Shown here in pieces: positions 47,798-56,548 of a stretch of DNA of 64,000 nucleotides. Both the position numbers and the translations under genes were made by a program. Within the stretch, counting starts at the first letter, position 1. Every line of letters starts with the position of its first letter. The stretch comes from Planctomycetota bacterium (GTDB lineage Bacteria > Planctomycetota > JAJSAM01 > JAJVHW01). Location of the stretch: NCBI GenBank assembly GCA_965248445.1, contig CBDFJG010000002.1:352001-416000 (forward strand). Direction: 5' to 3'. The notes below the pieces were generated by a model. The model did not search any database. It was not told where the DNA came from and worked only from the letters and a program-made list of their open reading frames with translations.

Positions 47798-49735
47798 GTG
47801 CGCGTGTCTCCCGACGCGCAGCCCTGGCGGTCCAGACACCCTGCCCGCAACCGCGCCGCGCAGGGCGGCGGCGCGGTTGCGGGTCGCACGCTTGTCCTCC
47901 TCGCGGTGCTGGCCGTGCTGGCAACAATCGTCACCCTCGTGCTCGTCGATCGGCCGCGGTCGCACACTGTCGAGCGGGAGACGATCAGCGACACGGAGCC
48001 GCCGCCAACACCGGAGGTCGAGTCACCGACGAGAGACCGGGTGGAGCTGCCGGCGGCGCCCGACGCACCGACGCCTGAGCCGGGTTGCGGTGTCAGCGAC
48101 GATCCGGCCCTGACGTTCAGCGGCCGCTTCGTCATGTCGGACGGCTCGACCCCGCCGTCCGACATCGACTTCTCTCTGGGCCCGATCGACGCCGGCTGGT
48201 TCTCCGAGCACGACGCCACCGACGGCGTGTTCCGCGGAGACGTCGACGAATCCGGTCGCTACCGGATCGACGAGGTCTTCTCCGGCTCCACGCGCCTCCG
48301 TCCAGAGCCGCGGACGATCACCGTCCCCGGAGCACCGGTGGAGGTGACACTCACGCCGGTCCTGCCGACGGTGCTGCACGTCGTGGATGCGGACACCGGG
48401 CTGCCCCTTCCCGGCGCGACCGCGCGCGTGACGGGCGATCACTCCTACTCTGGAGCCGGGTCGTGGTACCCCGACACCGAGACGCTCGCGGGGGCGGCGC
48501 TGACCGCCGATGACGAGGGTCGGATCGCCCTCCGGTACCTCACCGACGAGCAGCGCTGGATGTGCACGGCGCCGGGCTACGCCTGGCGGCGTGTCGTGAT
48601 CGCCCTCGAGGTGGGCGGCGAGCGCCGGGTGGAACTCGCGCACGGCGGCGACCTCCGCCTGCTCATCCCCGGTGCGGCGCGTCTCGATGAGCTTTTCATC
48701 TCGGCGAAGCTGCCCGAGCACGGCTCCGTCGCGCACCTGCCCTTGCCCGACGAGGATGGGCTCGTGGTGCTGGAGCGGCTACCCGCCGGACTGTGCCGCT
48801 TCACGTTGCGCCGCGGCGGGCGGTGGGAAGGCGGCGAGATCTACGGCGAGGGCGCCGTCGAAATCGTTTCGGGTGCGAGCAACACGCTGGTGATCGAGCC
48901 GAATGTCCGCGCGGGCGCCGATCGCTTTGTCGTGACCGGAACTGTGGTGCTCGATCCGGCGTGGGACGCCGCAAGCGGCCCCGATTTCGTGAGCCTCGGG
49001 CGGGTCGGGAGGAAGACGCCGCGTGCCCGCGCGCACGTGCGGCTCGAGCGCGGGTCGGAGCCGAACACATACCGCTTCGCGACCCCGCCGCTCCCCGCGG
49101 GCCGCTACGAGGCAGCGCTACGCGACGTGAGCTGGTGCGGCGACGTGACCGTCTCGCCCGAGTCGCCGGTCGTCCGGATCGTGGTCGGCGCTCCCGTGTC
49201 GCTCGTCGTGCACGTCGTGGACGACGAGTCCGGCGCGGTGCTCCCGGCGGCGGACGTGCTGTGGAGCCCCGTCGTCAACACCGAACGCGGCGGCGCGCAC
49301 GGCCCGCTGCAGCGCAGGAAAGATCGGGGGCCGGCGGCGTTCGGCCGGATGGTCGCGCCCGGTAGAGTCGAGCTGAAAGTCTCGGCCGCCGGCCACAAGA
49401 GTGTGGAACAGGTAGTCGACGTGCCGGAAGACGCGGGTGAGGTCGAAACGACGATCCGGCTGGGAGCCGCAGGAGTCGTCGTCGTCCGGGTCCTGGTCAA
49501 CGGGCGGCCGTACGCGGGGGAGCCGCTCTGGGCCGACGTCGAGACCTCGAGGAACCGCTCGACCTCCAAGAGCACGCGGGACGGGACGGCGCACTTCACG
49601 GGCGTCGCCGTTGGGACGCGCGAGGTCTCGCTCAAGGGGCGCGATCACATCGACCTCGTTCCGCCGCAGATCGTCGAGATCCGCCCGGGCGAGACGACCG
49701 AGGTGGTGTTCGAGATCGGTGAGGAGGGCGACTGA
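47798..49735 (+). CDS. Membrane-anchored carboxypeptidase-regulatory-like protein (start uncertain)
   Basis: TM segment; repeated VVD..TG.PLPGA and ADDEG motifs. Confidence 0.75.
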   Translation: MRVSPDAQPWRSRHPARNRAAQGGGAVAGRTLVLLAVLAVLATIVTLVLVDRPRSHTVERETISDTEPPPTPEVESPTRDRVELPAAPDAPTPEPGCGVSDDPALTFSGRFVMSDGSTPPSDIDFSLGPIDAGWFSEHDATDGVFRGDVDESGRYRIDEVFSGSTRLRPEPRTITVPGAPVEVTLTPVLPTVLHVVDADTGLPLPGATARVTGDHSYSGAGSWYPDTETLAGAALTADDEGRIALRYLTDEQRWMCTAPGYAWRRVVIALEVGGERRVELAHGGDLRLLIPGAARLDELFISAKLPEHGSVAHLPLPDEDGLVVLERLPAGLCRFTLRRGGRWEGGEIYGEGAVEIVSGASNTLVIEPNVRAGADRFVVTGTVVLDPAWDAASGPDFVSLGRVGRKTPRARAHVRLERGSEPNTYRFATPPLPAGRYEAALRDVSWCGDVTVSPESPVVRIVVGAPVSLVVHVVDDESGAVLPAADVLWSPVVNTERGGAHGPLQRRKDRGPAAFGRMVAPGRVELKVSAAGHKSVEQVVDVPEDAGEVETTIRLGAAGVVVVRVLVNGRPYAGEPLWADVETSRNRSTSKSTRDGTAHFTGVAVGTREVSLKGRDHIDLVPPQIVEIRPGETTEVVFEIGEEGD

Positions 49736-49797
49736 CGGTGCGGCCCCTCGAACCGTAGAGCTGGGGACACCCCCAACTACTCGTCGTTGTGACCCGG

Positions 49798-49829
49798 GAA
49801 CACAGAGAACGGTCGCATCTCTCACCGTG
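49798..49829 (-). repeat. 32-bp dispersed palindromic site A
   Basis: CACGGTG-AGAGATGC-GACCGTTCTCTGTGTTC. Confidence 0.8.
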
Positions 49830-49925
49830 CGCCGGATTCACGCTGCGAACACCAAGCCCGTGAGCGGCGTGCGTGATGCGCCCGACCATGAGCACGCGGC
49901 GCGCCAAGAGGGGCGAACGCCTGCG

Positions 49926-49985
49926 CACGGTGAAGGAATCCACCGTTCTCGGTATTCTCATCACCGTGTCACCGGTCTCGGCATC
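49926..49985 (+). repeat. 32-bp site B plus extra half-site (49970-49985)
   Basis: CACGGTG-AAGGAATC-CACCGTTCTCGGTATTC ... CACCGGTCTCGGCATC. Confidence 0.85.
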
Positions 49986-50018
49986 GGCACGGCGGTTCGA
50001 CTACGATGAGAGCGACGC

Positions 50019-51593
50019 ATGCGAATTGCGACGTTCACGATCTGCGCCCTCGTTGCCATCTCATCGGCGGCGGCGTCACCTGTTTGCGCTCAGGATCTCG
50101 GAGAGTCACCGTCGTTCGAGGAGCGTCGCCAGCGTGCTGTCGCCGCCGGGCTCAGCGTGGTGCGCGCTCGACTGCCGGGCGAGAAGGGGTACCACCGGAC
50201 GACGTATCCCGTCCGGGTGAACCTGGCACTCGACATGTACACGCTGCTCGAGACGGGCACCCCGGCAAGCGATCCGCTGCTGCGGGGGACGATGATCGCG
50301 CTGCGCAAGGCCGACGATCCCGACATCTGGTTCTCGTTACGGAACAACAACCCCCTCATTCGAATGCTCGCAGCCCACACGACTCTCGCTGCCGTCGCGT
50401 ATGACCGCGCGCTGCTGTCGGAGGATCCCCGCGCTGAGAGCAAGCAGTCGTACAAGAACCATCACAAGTGGGTCGAGAGTCTTGTCAGCCGACTCAGCGC
50501 GCTGCTCTCGCCCGACAACGAGCGCCTGGCTGTCCAGGCCGGCACTCACACCGATGGGACGTTCCACCTCGCGCTGGTGGCGCTACTCGAGGCGCGCGAC
50601 CTCGGGCTGCACGTGGAAGACCGCCAGTTGGCCCGATGGCTGTCCGCGTCGCTCGCTTCGCAGGTGCCCGCCGATCGGCGCAACGCAGCCACGGCCACGC
50701 CGCGCGGCTTCTCGTTCCTACCGACCCGTCCACAACACCCAGGCGCGCGCGCAGCGCTGCCATCGAGTTCGATGACCGGAGGCGCACTCGCGGCCATCAC
50801 CCGTCTCATAGACGCGCTGGGCGATTCCGACCTCCTCACGGATGCGCTGGCGCAGCGCAGTCGACACGCTCTCGAGGACGGTTTGCTGTACATCGAGAGA
50901 TCGCTCGCCGATCACACCGATCCGCGGCTGCGCGGCGAGGAACACGAGGCGGTGTTCGCGTACTTCTACTCACTTGCGTGCGCCTGTGACGCCCTGTCGC
51001 TCGACCTGCTCGGCCGCTACGACTGGTACCGCGACGGCGCCGACTACCTCCTCGCGACGCAGGATGCGGACGGGAGCTGGTTCACCCGTGGGCACCGCGG
51101 AAACGGTTCCGCCGACTGCTGGGCCCTGCTGTTCCTCACGCGGTCGCTCCCCCACGCAGGGGATCGCCCCGCGATCACGCGGAGCTCCCGCGGCGTCCGC
51201 GACGTCGAGTTCGCGAGCGTCCGTGAGCGTCCGGCCGCAGAACGACGTGCGTTCGTCCGTTCGCTCGTGCCGCGCCTCCATGACGCCACAACCCGACAAC
51301 GGCCATGGTTCTTCGCGGAGATCGCACGCCTCGGCGTGGCGGCGGCCGACGAGTTGGTCGACATCGTGGACGTCCACGCGGAGCCCGACGTTCGGGCTGC
51401 TGCCTACGAGATCCTGCGCCACGTCATCGAGCCATCGCTGGATCTGGATCCGCGAGCGACTCTCGGCCGCCGCCATGCGCAGATCGCGGCATGGCGCGCC
51501 TGGATCGACGAGCGCCGCGCGCGACTGGCGTACGACCACCGAACCGGACGTCTCGTCGAGGTCGACCGCGAGCAGCGCGTGCGCGACGGCTGA
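50019..51593 (+). CDS. Secreted prenyltransferase/squalene-cyclase-repeat-like (alpha-alpha toroid) protein
   Basis: SSMTGG, DWYRDGADYLLATQDADGSW, ALLFL; HEAT-like tail. Confidence 0.7.
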   Translation: MRIATFTICALVAISSAAASPVCAQDLGESPSFEERRQRAVAAGLSVVRARLPGEKGYHRTTYPVRVNLALDMYTLLETGTPASDPLLRGTMIALRKADDPDIWFSLRNNNPLIRMLAAHTTLAAVAYDRALLSEDPRAESKQSYKNHHKWVESLVSRLSALLSPDNERLAVQAGTHTDGTFHLALVALLEARDLGLHVEDRQLARWLSASLASQVPADRRNAATATPRGFSFLPTRPQHPGARAALPSSSMTGGALAAITRLIDALGDSDLLTDALAQRSRHALEDGLLYIERSLADHTDPRLRGEEHEAVFAYFYSLACACDALSLDLLGRYDWYRDGADYLLATQDADGSWFTRGHRGNGSADCWALLFLTRSLPHAGDRPAITRSSRGVRDVEFASVRERPAAERRAFVRSLVPRLHDATTRQRPWFFAEIARLGVAAADELVDIVDVHAEPDVRAAAYEILRHVIEPSLDLDPRATLGRRHAQIAAWRAWIDERRARLAYDHRTGRLVEVDREQRVRDG

Positions 51594-51631
51594 CGGACGG
51601 CCGCGCAGTGCGATGCCGCGAAGTACGGCGC

Positions 51632-51657
51632 AGTACCGAGAACGGTAGATCTCCGTG
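51632..51657 (-). repeat. Degenerate site C
   Basis: CACGGAGATCTACCGTTCTCGGTACT. Confidence 0.65.
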
Positions 51658-51705
51658 AGCGTTCTTCCACTCGCGAAGGACGCACCGGAGGGGCGGAGGG
51701 CTACG

Positions 51706-51755
51706 CACGGTGGGGGAATTCACCGGTCTCCGTGTTCGCACCGGTCTCGGTATTC
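51706..51755 (+). repeat. 32-bp site D plus extra half-site (51739-51755)
   Basis: CACGGTG-GGGGAATT-CACCGGTCTCCGTGTTC-G-CACCGGTCTCGGTATTC. Confidence 0.85.
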
Positions 51756-51792
51756 GCGTCGAGACGGAGTGTCCCGCTTTCTACGGTAGCGA

Positions 51793-52668
51793 CTACTGCT
51801 CGAGTGCGTCGATCCGTCGCTGCGATGCCTCGGCACTGCCGCCGACATGTTTATCTGAGGATCCGGCAAACTCGTCGACGACGAGCTGGTGCTGCGCGAG
51901 TGCTCTGCGCACGTCCACATTCTCGAGGTTCAGTGCTGACAGATGTGTGAAGCGTGCGCGAAGTTCGTCGCCGGTGTCCGGCGCGTTCGCGATGTCGAGG
52001 AAGCGGTCGGCAGCGAGCTGAAAGTCCTGGCGGAACACGGCCGAGAAGCCGAGCTGCGCCAGCGCTTCTATTCGCTCGCGTTGCGACGCCGCGGCCGCCG
52101 ACACAGACAACCGCAGCGTCGCTTCGGCTCCGTCTGCGTCGCCGAGCTTCCGCTGCGCGATGGCCTTCAGCGTGAGGATGCGGGATCGCTCTGGTCCCTC
52201 CATCTCGCCAGTGAGGAGGACCTCTGCCGCAGCAAGTGCAGATCCGTAGGACCTGATTGCTGCCGACGCGGACATGCGGATCGGGTGGGCCGAACGGCGC
52301 AGCTCCTCGAAGAGAGCTGATCGCGTCATGCCGCGCATGCGCCGCTGTTCTGCGCGTTGAGCGGCCGTCGAGCCGCCGGTGACCACAGTGCCGTGGCGGC
52401 CGCGGACTTCCCGCAGCAGCTCGGCGGCCTCACTGCGGAGATCCGCGACGCGTGTCGCGGCGGACTCGCTGATCGAACGGCGCGCGACGGGCGTTTCGCC
52501 CCGTGCTGCGACCGAGGCCGGGTACGGTGCCGCCACCACCACGGTGCTGTGGCTCGGCGCATCGGTCGGCGCGGCCGCTGCACCGCTTCGACCGACGAAG
52601 AAGCCCGCGAGCAGGGCCAGCGCGGCGACGACCAGCGACGGGATTCCGAGAGAGACGCGATCGCTCAC
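51793..52668 (-). CDS. Membrane-anchored TPR protein
   Basis: TM plus TPRs similar to the two upstream genes. Confidence 0.7.
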   Translation of the reverse strand: MSDRVSLGIPSLVVAALALLAGFFVGRSGAAAAPTDAPSHSTVVVAAPYPASVAARGETPVARRSISESAATRVADLRSEAAELLREVRGRHGTVVTGGSTAAQRAEQRRMRGMTRSALFEELRRSAHPIRMSASAAIRSYGSALAAAEVLLTGEMEGPERSRILTLKAIAQRKLGDADGAEATLRLSVSAAAASQRERIEALAQLGFSAVFRQDFQLAADRFLDIANAPDTGDELRARFTHLSALNLENVDVRRALAQHQLVVDEFAGSSDKHVGGSAEASQRRIDALEQ

Positions 52669-53555
52669 TCGTCCGACTCCGGCACGGCGCTCTCGCGAAG
52701 CGCTGTGCGCGACAGCTCGACGAAGCGCTGGACGCCCGCGTCGTCGGAGGCGCCGTGGAGCTCGAGCACGCGCTCGTGCTGTTCACGCGCGGCGCTCGAC
52801 TCTCCGATGCGCTCCAGCGAGTACGCAGCTCGCGTGCGGTACTGTGCGCGCAGGATTGGGTGGGTCTCCGGGTGGTCGGCCACCGCGAGATACCACTCGG
52901 CCGCGCTTCTGTGGTCACCGTTGCGTGCGGCAGAGTGTCCGAGCTGAGCCTTCACCATCCCCTGAAGTCGCACGGACGTTCCGGCCGCCCGCAGCGCTTC
53001 CTGTAGCGTCGCATCCGCCTGGTCGCGCTCCGCGAGTGTCCAGTAGAGCGCGCGGGCGCGCCCGACGAGCGTGCCGACGCGTTCGTCTCGTCCAAGGTCG
53101 CGCGCGAGCAGGACGTCCGCCGCGCGGAGCAGCCGGTGCGCGTCCACGACCGCCCCGGGGTGGACTTGTTTGTTGCGCAGGGCAAGCGCCAGGCGCTTCT
53201 GGAACTCGCCGGACAGTTCGAGGTTCGGCAGCGACATCAGGTGAGCGACGTCGTCAGCGATGGGTGCATCTGCGGAGGACTCCACGTACGCGCGAACCGC
53301 GGCAAGGTCTTCCCTGAGTCGCTGCACGTCGGGGCCATCCGCGCGGGCTCGGTCGTCGGGAGCGTGTCGCGCACCGGAGCTGCTCGCGGCCGCCGCGGTA
53401 CGCTCAGTTCGGTCGGCTTCGAGACGGGCGACGCGCTCGATGATCCGTGAGTACTCGGCAGTCGCGGCTTGATCGCCGGCGTCTGCGGAGAACGTCCCAA
53501 GCGCCAGTCCGGCGGCCAGGGCGACAACCATGAGGAGCGCTCCGCGCGCGTTCAC
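52665..53555 (-). CDS. Membrane-anchored TPR protein
   Basis: TM plus TPRs; GTGA overlaps. Confidence 0.7.
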   Translation of the reverse strand: MNARGALLMVVALAAGLALGTFSADAGDQAATAEYSRIIERVARLEADRTERTAAAASSSGARHAPDDRARADGPDVQRLREDLAAVRAYVESSADAPIADDVAHLMSLPNLELSGEFQKRLALALRNKQVHPGAVVDAHRLLRAADVLLARDLGRDERVGTLVGRARALYWTLAERDQADATLQEALRAAGTSVRLQGMVKAQLGHSAARNGDHRSAAEWYLAVADHPETHPILRAQYRTRAAYSLERIGESSAAREQHERVLELHGASDDAGVQRFVELSRTALRESAVPESDE

Positions 53556-55048
53556 TTCTCCCTCGCGGCTTCGAGTTTCTTCGCCGCATCACGGGCGAAG
53601 TCGGCCCACTTGCGCGTGCCGGCGTCCTCCGACTCACCGAACTCCCCGATGACGATCCGATACTCCGCGAGCGCCCGCTCGATGTCGTTCACGGAGGCGA
53701 AGTCCGATGCGGCCATGTAGCGGTAGTACGCGCGCGTGTCGTCCGGGGCCGATGCCTGTTCCGCGATCCCGAGGAACCACCGAGCCGCCGCGAGGCCGTC
53801 ACCGTGTTCGCGGGCGATGTACCCGAGCGCGTGAGCCGCCTTCCGACCGTCGTTGGTGTCCGTGCCGACCACCGCGATGGCTTCGTTCAGCGCGGCTTCG
53901 GCAGCGGGGCGATCACCGAGCAGCGCGTGAGCGCGTCCGCGGTAGGTAAGCGCAACGGCTTGCTGTTCGGTCGTTACCTCACGGTCGAGGACGACATCGC
54001 ATGCCTGCAGAACGTTGTCGGCATCGGCGACCTGCTTCGTGTCGCGTGCCAGTCGCAGGAGTCGATCGATCTCGGCGATCAGCGCGACGGTGGACAGACC
54101 CTCGAAGCGCGCTGATTCCTTCACGGCAGTCGAGTCCGCGAGCGCGCGGATCGCCGCGAGCTCGACTTGGAGCTGGTCAATCTCGCTGTCGAGCCCGCTG
54201 CCGATGTCGACCGCGCTCTCGGACTCCGCTCCCCGGCGTCTGCTGTTCGCGCGCCTCGTCGTTTCGTCCGCGGCGGCTTCTGTCGGTCCCTGAGACTCGA
54301 GTCCCTCCAAGCGTGCGGACAGCGTCGCGAGATCTCCGGCGGACGGCGATTCGCTCTCGGACGCCGAGAGTCGTCCACCCGCGAGTCCGACCAGGAACGT
54401 GAGAGCCACCAGCGCGACCGTCGTCATCTTCGTGCCCATTGCTGCCGCTCCCACTGTCCCCGTGCCCGCTGCCGTCGCGGCACTCGTACCCATGGCTCTC
54501 TCGGGAGCCATTCCCGCCAGCGGAAGCAGCGCTCCGAGCCAACTCGCGCGACCGCCCTCGCGGTCCAGTCGCCGCCGCAGGATGGCCGCGGCGCGGCGGA
54601 GACGACTCCGCACGGTCTCCACCGGGACGTTCAAGCGCGTCGCCACATCTCGTGGCGGAAGATCTTCGAAGTACCGCAGAAGAACGGTGGAACGGTACGG
54701 CTCGTCGAGCGCGAGCACCGACACCACGAGCCTCCGGTGGATCTCCGCTTCCTCGACGACCTCCGCCGCGGATCGCGTTGCTTCCTGGCGAGCGCTGGAT
54801 CGCTCATGGACGACCCGGCGCTTGTTCCCTCGCGCAAGATTGAAGGCCTCGCGCCGGACTACGCGGAAGAGCCACGCACGTGCTGCGCGTTCGTGCGATG
54901 GCCGGGTACGCAGCGCGGAGAGCCACGTGCGCTGCTCGAGGTCGTCCGCCGTCGCGTGGTCATGCACAAGCGTGAGTGCCAACTGCCGCACCCACCTGCG
55001 GTGGGCGAGCAGCGTCTCGAACGGCACAGGCGTGTGAGCGGAACTCAT
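53552..55048 (-). CDS. ECF sigma-70 factor fused to a TM segment and TPR domain
   Basis: ADDLEQ.TW, AWLFRV.R, L.EPYR..VLLRYFE, ETVRSRL.R. Confidence 0.88.
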   Translation of the reverse strand: MSSAHTPVPFETLLAHRRWVRQLALTLVHDHATADDLEQRTWLSALRTRPSHERAARAWLFRVVRREAFNLARGNKRRVVHERSSARQEATRSAAEVVEEAEIHRRLVVSVLALDEPYRSTVLLRYFEDLPPRDVATRLNVPVETVRSRLRRAAAILRRRLDREGGRASWLGALLPLAGMAPERAMGTSAATAAGTGTVGAAAMGTKMTTVALVALTFLVGLAGGRLSASESESPSAGDLATLSARLEGLESQGPTEAAADETTRRANSRRRGAESESAVDIGSGLDSEIDQLQVELAAIRALADSTAVKESARFEGLSTVALIAEIDRLLRLARDTKQVADADNVLQACDVVLDREVTTEQQAVALTYRGRAHALLGDRPAAEAALNEAIAVVGTDTNDGRKAAHALGYIAREHGDGLAAARWFLGIAEQASAPDDTRAYYRYMAASDFASVNDIERALAEYRIVIGEFGESEDAGTRKWADFARDAAKKLEAAREK

Positions 55049-55062
55049 CTCTTCAATGATAG

Positions 55063-55090
55063 AGACACCGGCCGCCGAAGATTCGGTCCC
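55063..55090 (-). promoter_or_regulatory. Candidate ECF autoregulatory promoter
   Basis: GGGACC-N16-GTGTCT just upstream of the sigma ATG. Confidence 0.4.
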
Positions 55091-55135
55091 AGATGGTCGA
55101 CGGAATCCACTTCTCGTAGCAGCCGCGGTCCGTGC

Positions 55136-55167
55136 GAAGACCGAGAACGGTGGAATCTCTCACCGTG
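55136..55167 (-). repeat. 32-bp site E
   Basis: CACGGTG-AGAGATTC-CACCGTTCTCGGTCTTC. Confidence 0.85.
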
Positions 55168-55241
55168 AGCCGGCCGGTATTCCGAGCGTCATTGGTCGCG
55201 ACCGCTCTGTAGGGACCTCCCGTCCTCTAGGATGTCCGTGC

Positions 55242-56447
55242 ATGAAGCTCCGGTCCTTCGCCGTCGTCCTCGGCGTCCTTCTTGTCGTGTTGTGCGTACC
55301 GCAGGGCGCCGCTCAGGATGAGGCGGAGGGTTCCGGTGCGGCAGAGACGCCCGAGGAAAGCAAGCCACCCGCCGACGCTGCGAAACGGAAACCGGCGCCC
55401 TCGCGATCCGCGGGCGGGTACGTCTTCCACCTTGTCGTGAGCGCTGACGGCTCCCGGGTCGCGGCCTCGACAGCTGACCGTGTGCGCGTCTGGGACGTTG
55501 ACGACAAGGCTCCTCTTGTGGACCGACGCGATCGCGCCTCGCACATGGTGTTCCAGGACATCGGCCTGTCGAAGGACGGTCGGTGGCTGGTCACTCTCGA
55601 ACTGGGCGCAGATCGGGAGACGATGGCTGTGGAGGAGAGGGCGAAGGTGTGGTCCGTCACGAGCTCGAGCGTGCCCGCGGCGACATACGGGGCAGAGCGG
55701 TCGCGAGTAGATGGCGAGTCGTTCCGCTGGCCGATCCTCTTGGCGACGTTCGATGCGCCTAGTCCCGGGCTCTTGATCTGGCGGCACCTCGTCGGACCGG
55801 CGGTCGTGACACCAGAGACCGAGGAACGCGGCAGCCCCTGGACGACCGAGCCCCCGGTCCCCTGGAAGAGGCCAGACGCTCCTCGGCGGATGCTGAAAAC
55901 AGACGCGCCGTGGCCGAAGTACACCAAGACCGTGTCCTTCTCACCGGACGGGACGTCGGTGGCCGTCTCCGAGATCAGCGGAGTGCAGGTCTACTCCTGG
56001 CCGGAGAAGGAACTCCTGTTCACGGCGACGGGAGACGCAACTTCGTACGACGCCGAGTTCGGAGGCGGTGGATCGGTGATCCTGGCGACCGCCTGGGAGT
56101 ATGGGGACGACGGGCAGCAGGTGGTGATCGCATTCGACCAGAAGGGCCGACGACTGTGGCAGCGCCGTGGCGTAGAGCTGCTGGCGCTCTCGCGCGCCGG
56201 ACGTATCGTCACCCTCGGTGATCTTGACCCGCGCGGCCCGCCGTGCGACGCCGTGCTCCGAAGGAGGACGGGTGGCGTCGAGTTGATCGACGCCCAGACG
56301 GGCAAGGTCCGGGCCCGGTGCCCGGGGGGCGGAAGGGGCTCGGTCACCGCCGCCGTGTTCTCTCCTGACGGCCAGTTCCTCTGGCTGGCCCACCGCAAGG
56401 CGGGCGACGTCCGACAGTACGAGCTCCCGGCGCATGACCGGAAGTGA
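55242..56447 (+). CDS. Secreted WD40-repeat protein
   Basis: Signal peptide; VRVWDV, SFSPDG, FSPDGQ. Confidence 0.8.
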   Translation: MKLRSFAVVLGVLLVVLCVPQGAAQDEAEGSGAAETPEESKPPADAAKRKPAPSRSAGGYVFHLVVSADGSRVAASTADRVRVWDVDDKAPLVDRRDRASHMVFQDIGLSKDGRWLVTLELGADRETMAVEERAKVWSVTSSSVPAATYGAERSRVDGESFRWPILLATFDAPSPGLLIWRHLVGPAVVTPETEERGSPWTTEPPVPWKRPDAPRRMLKTDAPWPKYTKTVSFSPDGTSVAVSEISGVQVYSWPEKELLFTATGDATSYDAEFGGGGSVILATAWEYGDDGQQVVIAFDQKGRRLWQRRGVELLALSRAGRIVTLGDLDPRGPPCDAVLRRRTGGVELIDAQTGKVRARCPGGGRGSVTAAVFSPDGQFLWLAHRKAGDVRQYELPAHDRK

Positions 56448-56548
56448 CCGAGTCGGGCCGAGCCAGGACAGAATCAGGAGCGTTCGCGCGTCTCCGCGCT
56501 ACGGATCCCGAAAGAACGAGTGCGGCACCGTCTCTCGGGTAGCCCGCC

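Noticed and set aside
56526..56541. CACCGTCTCTCGGGTA as another half-site of the 32-bp family
   Set aside because: Needs indels to align and has no CACGGTG arm; too degenerate to count.
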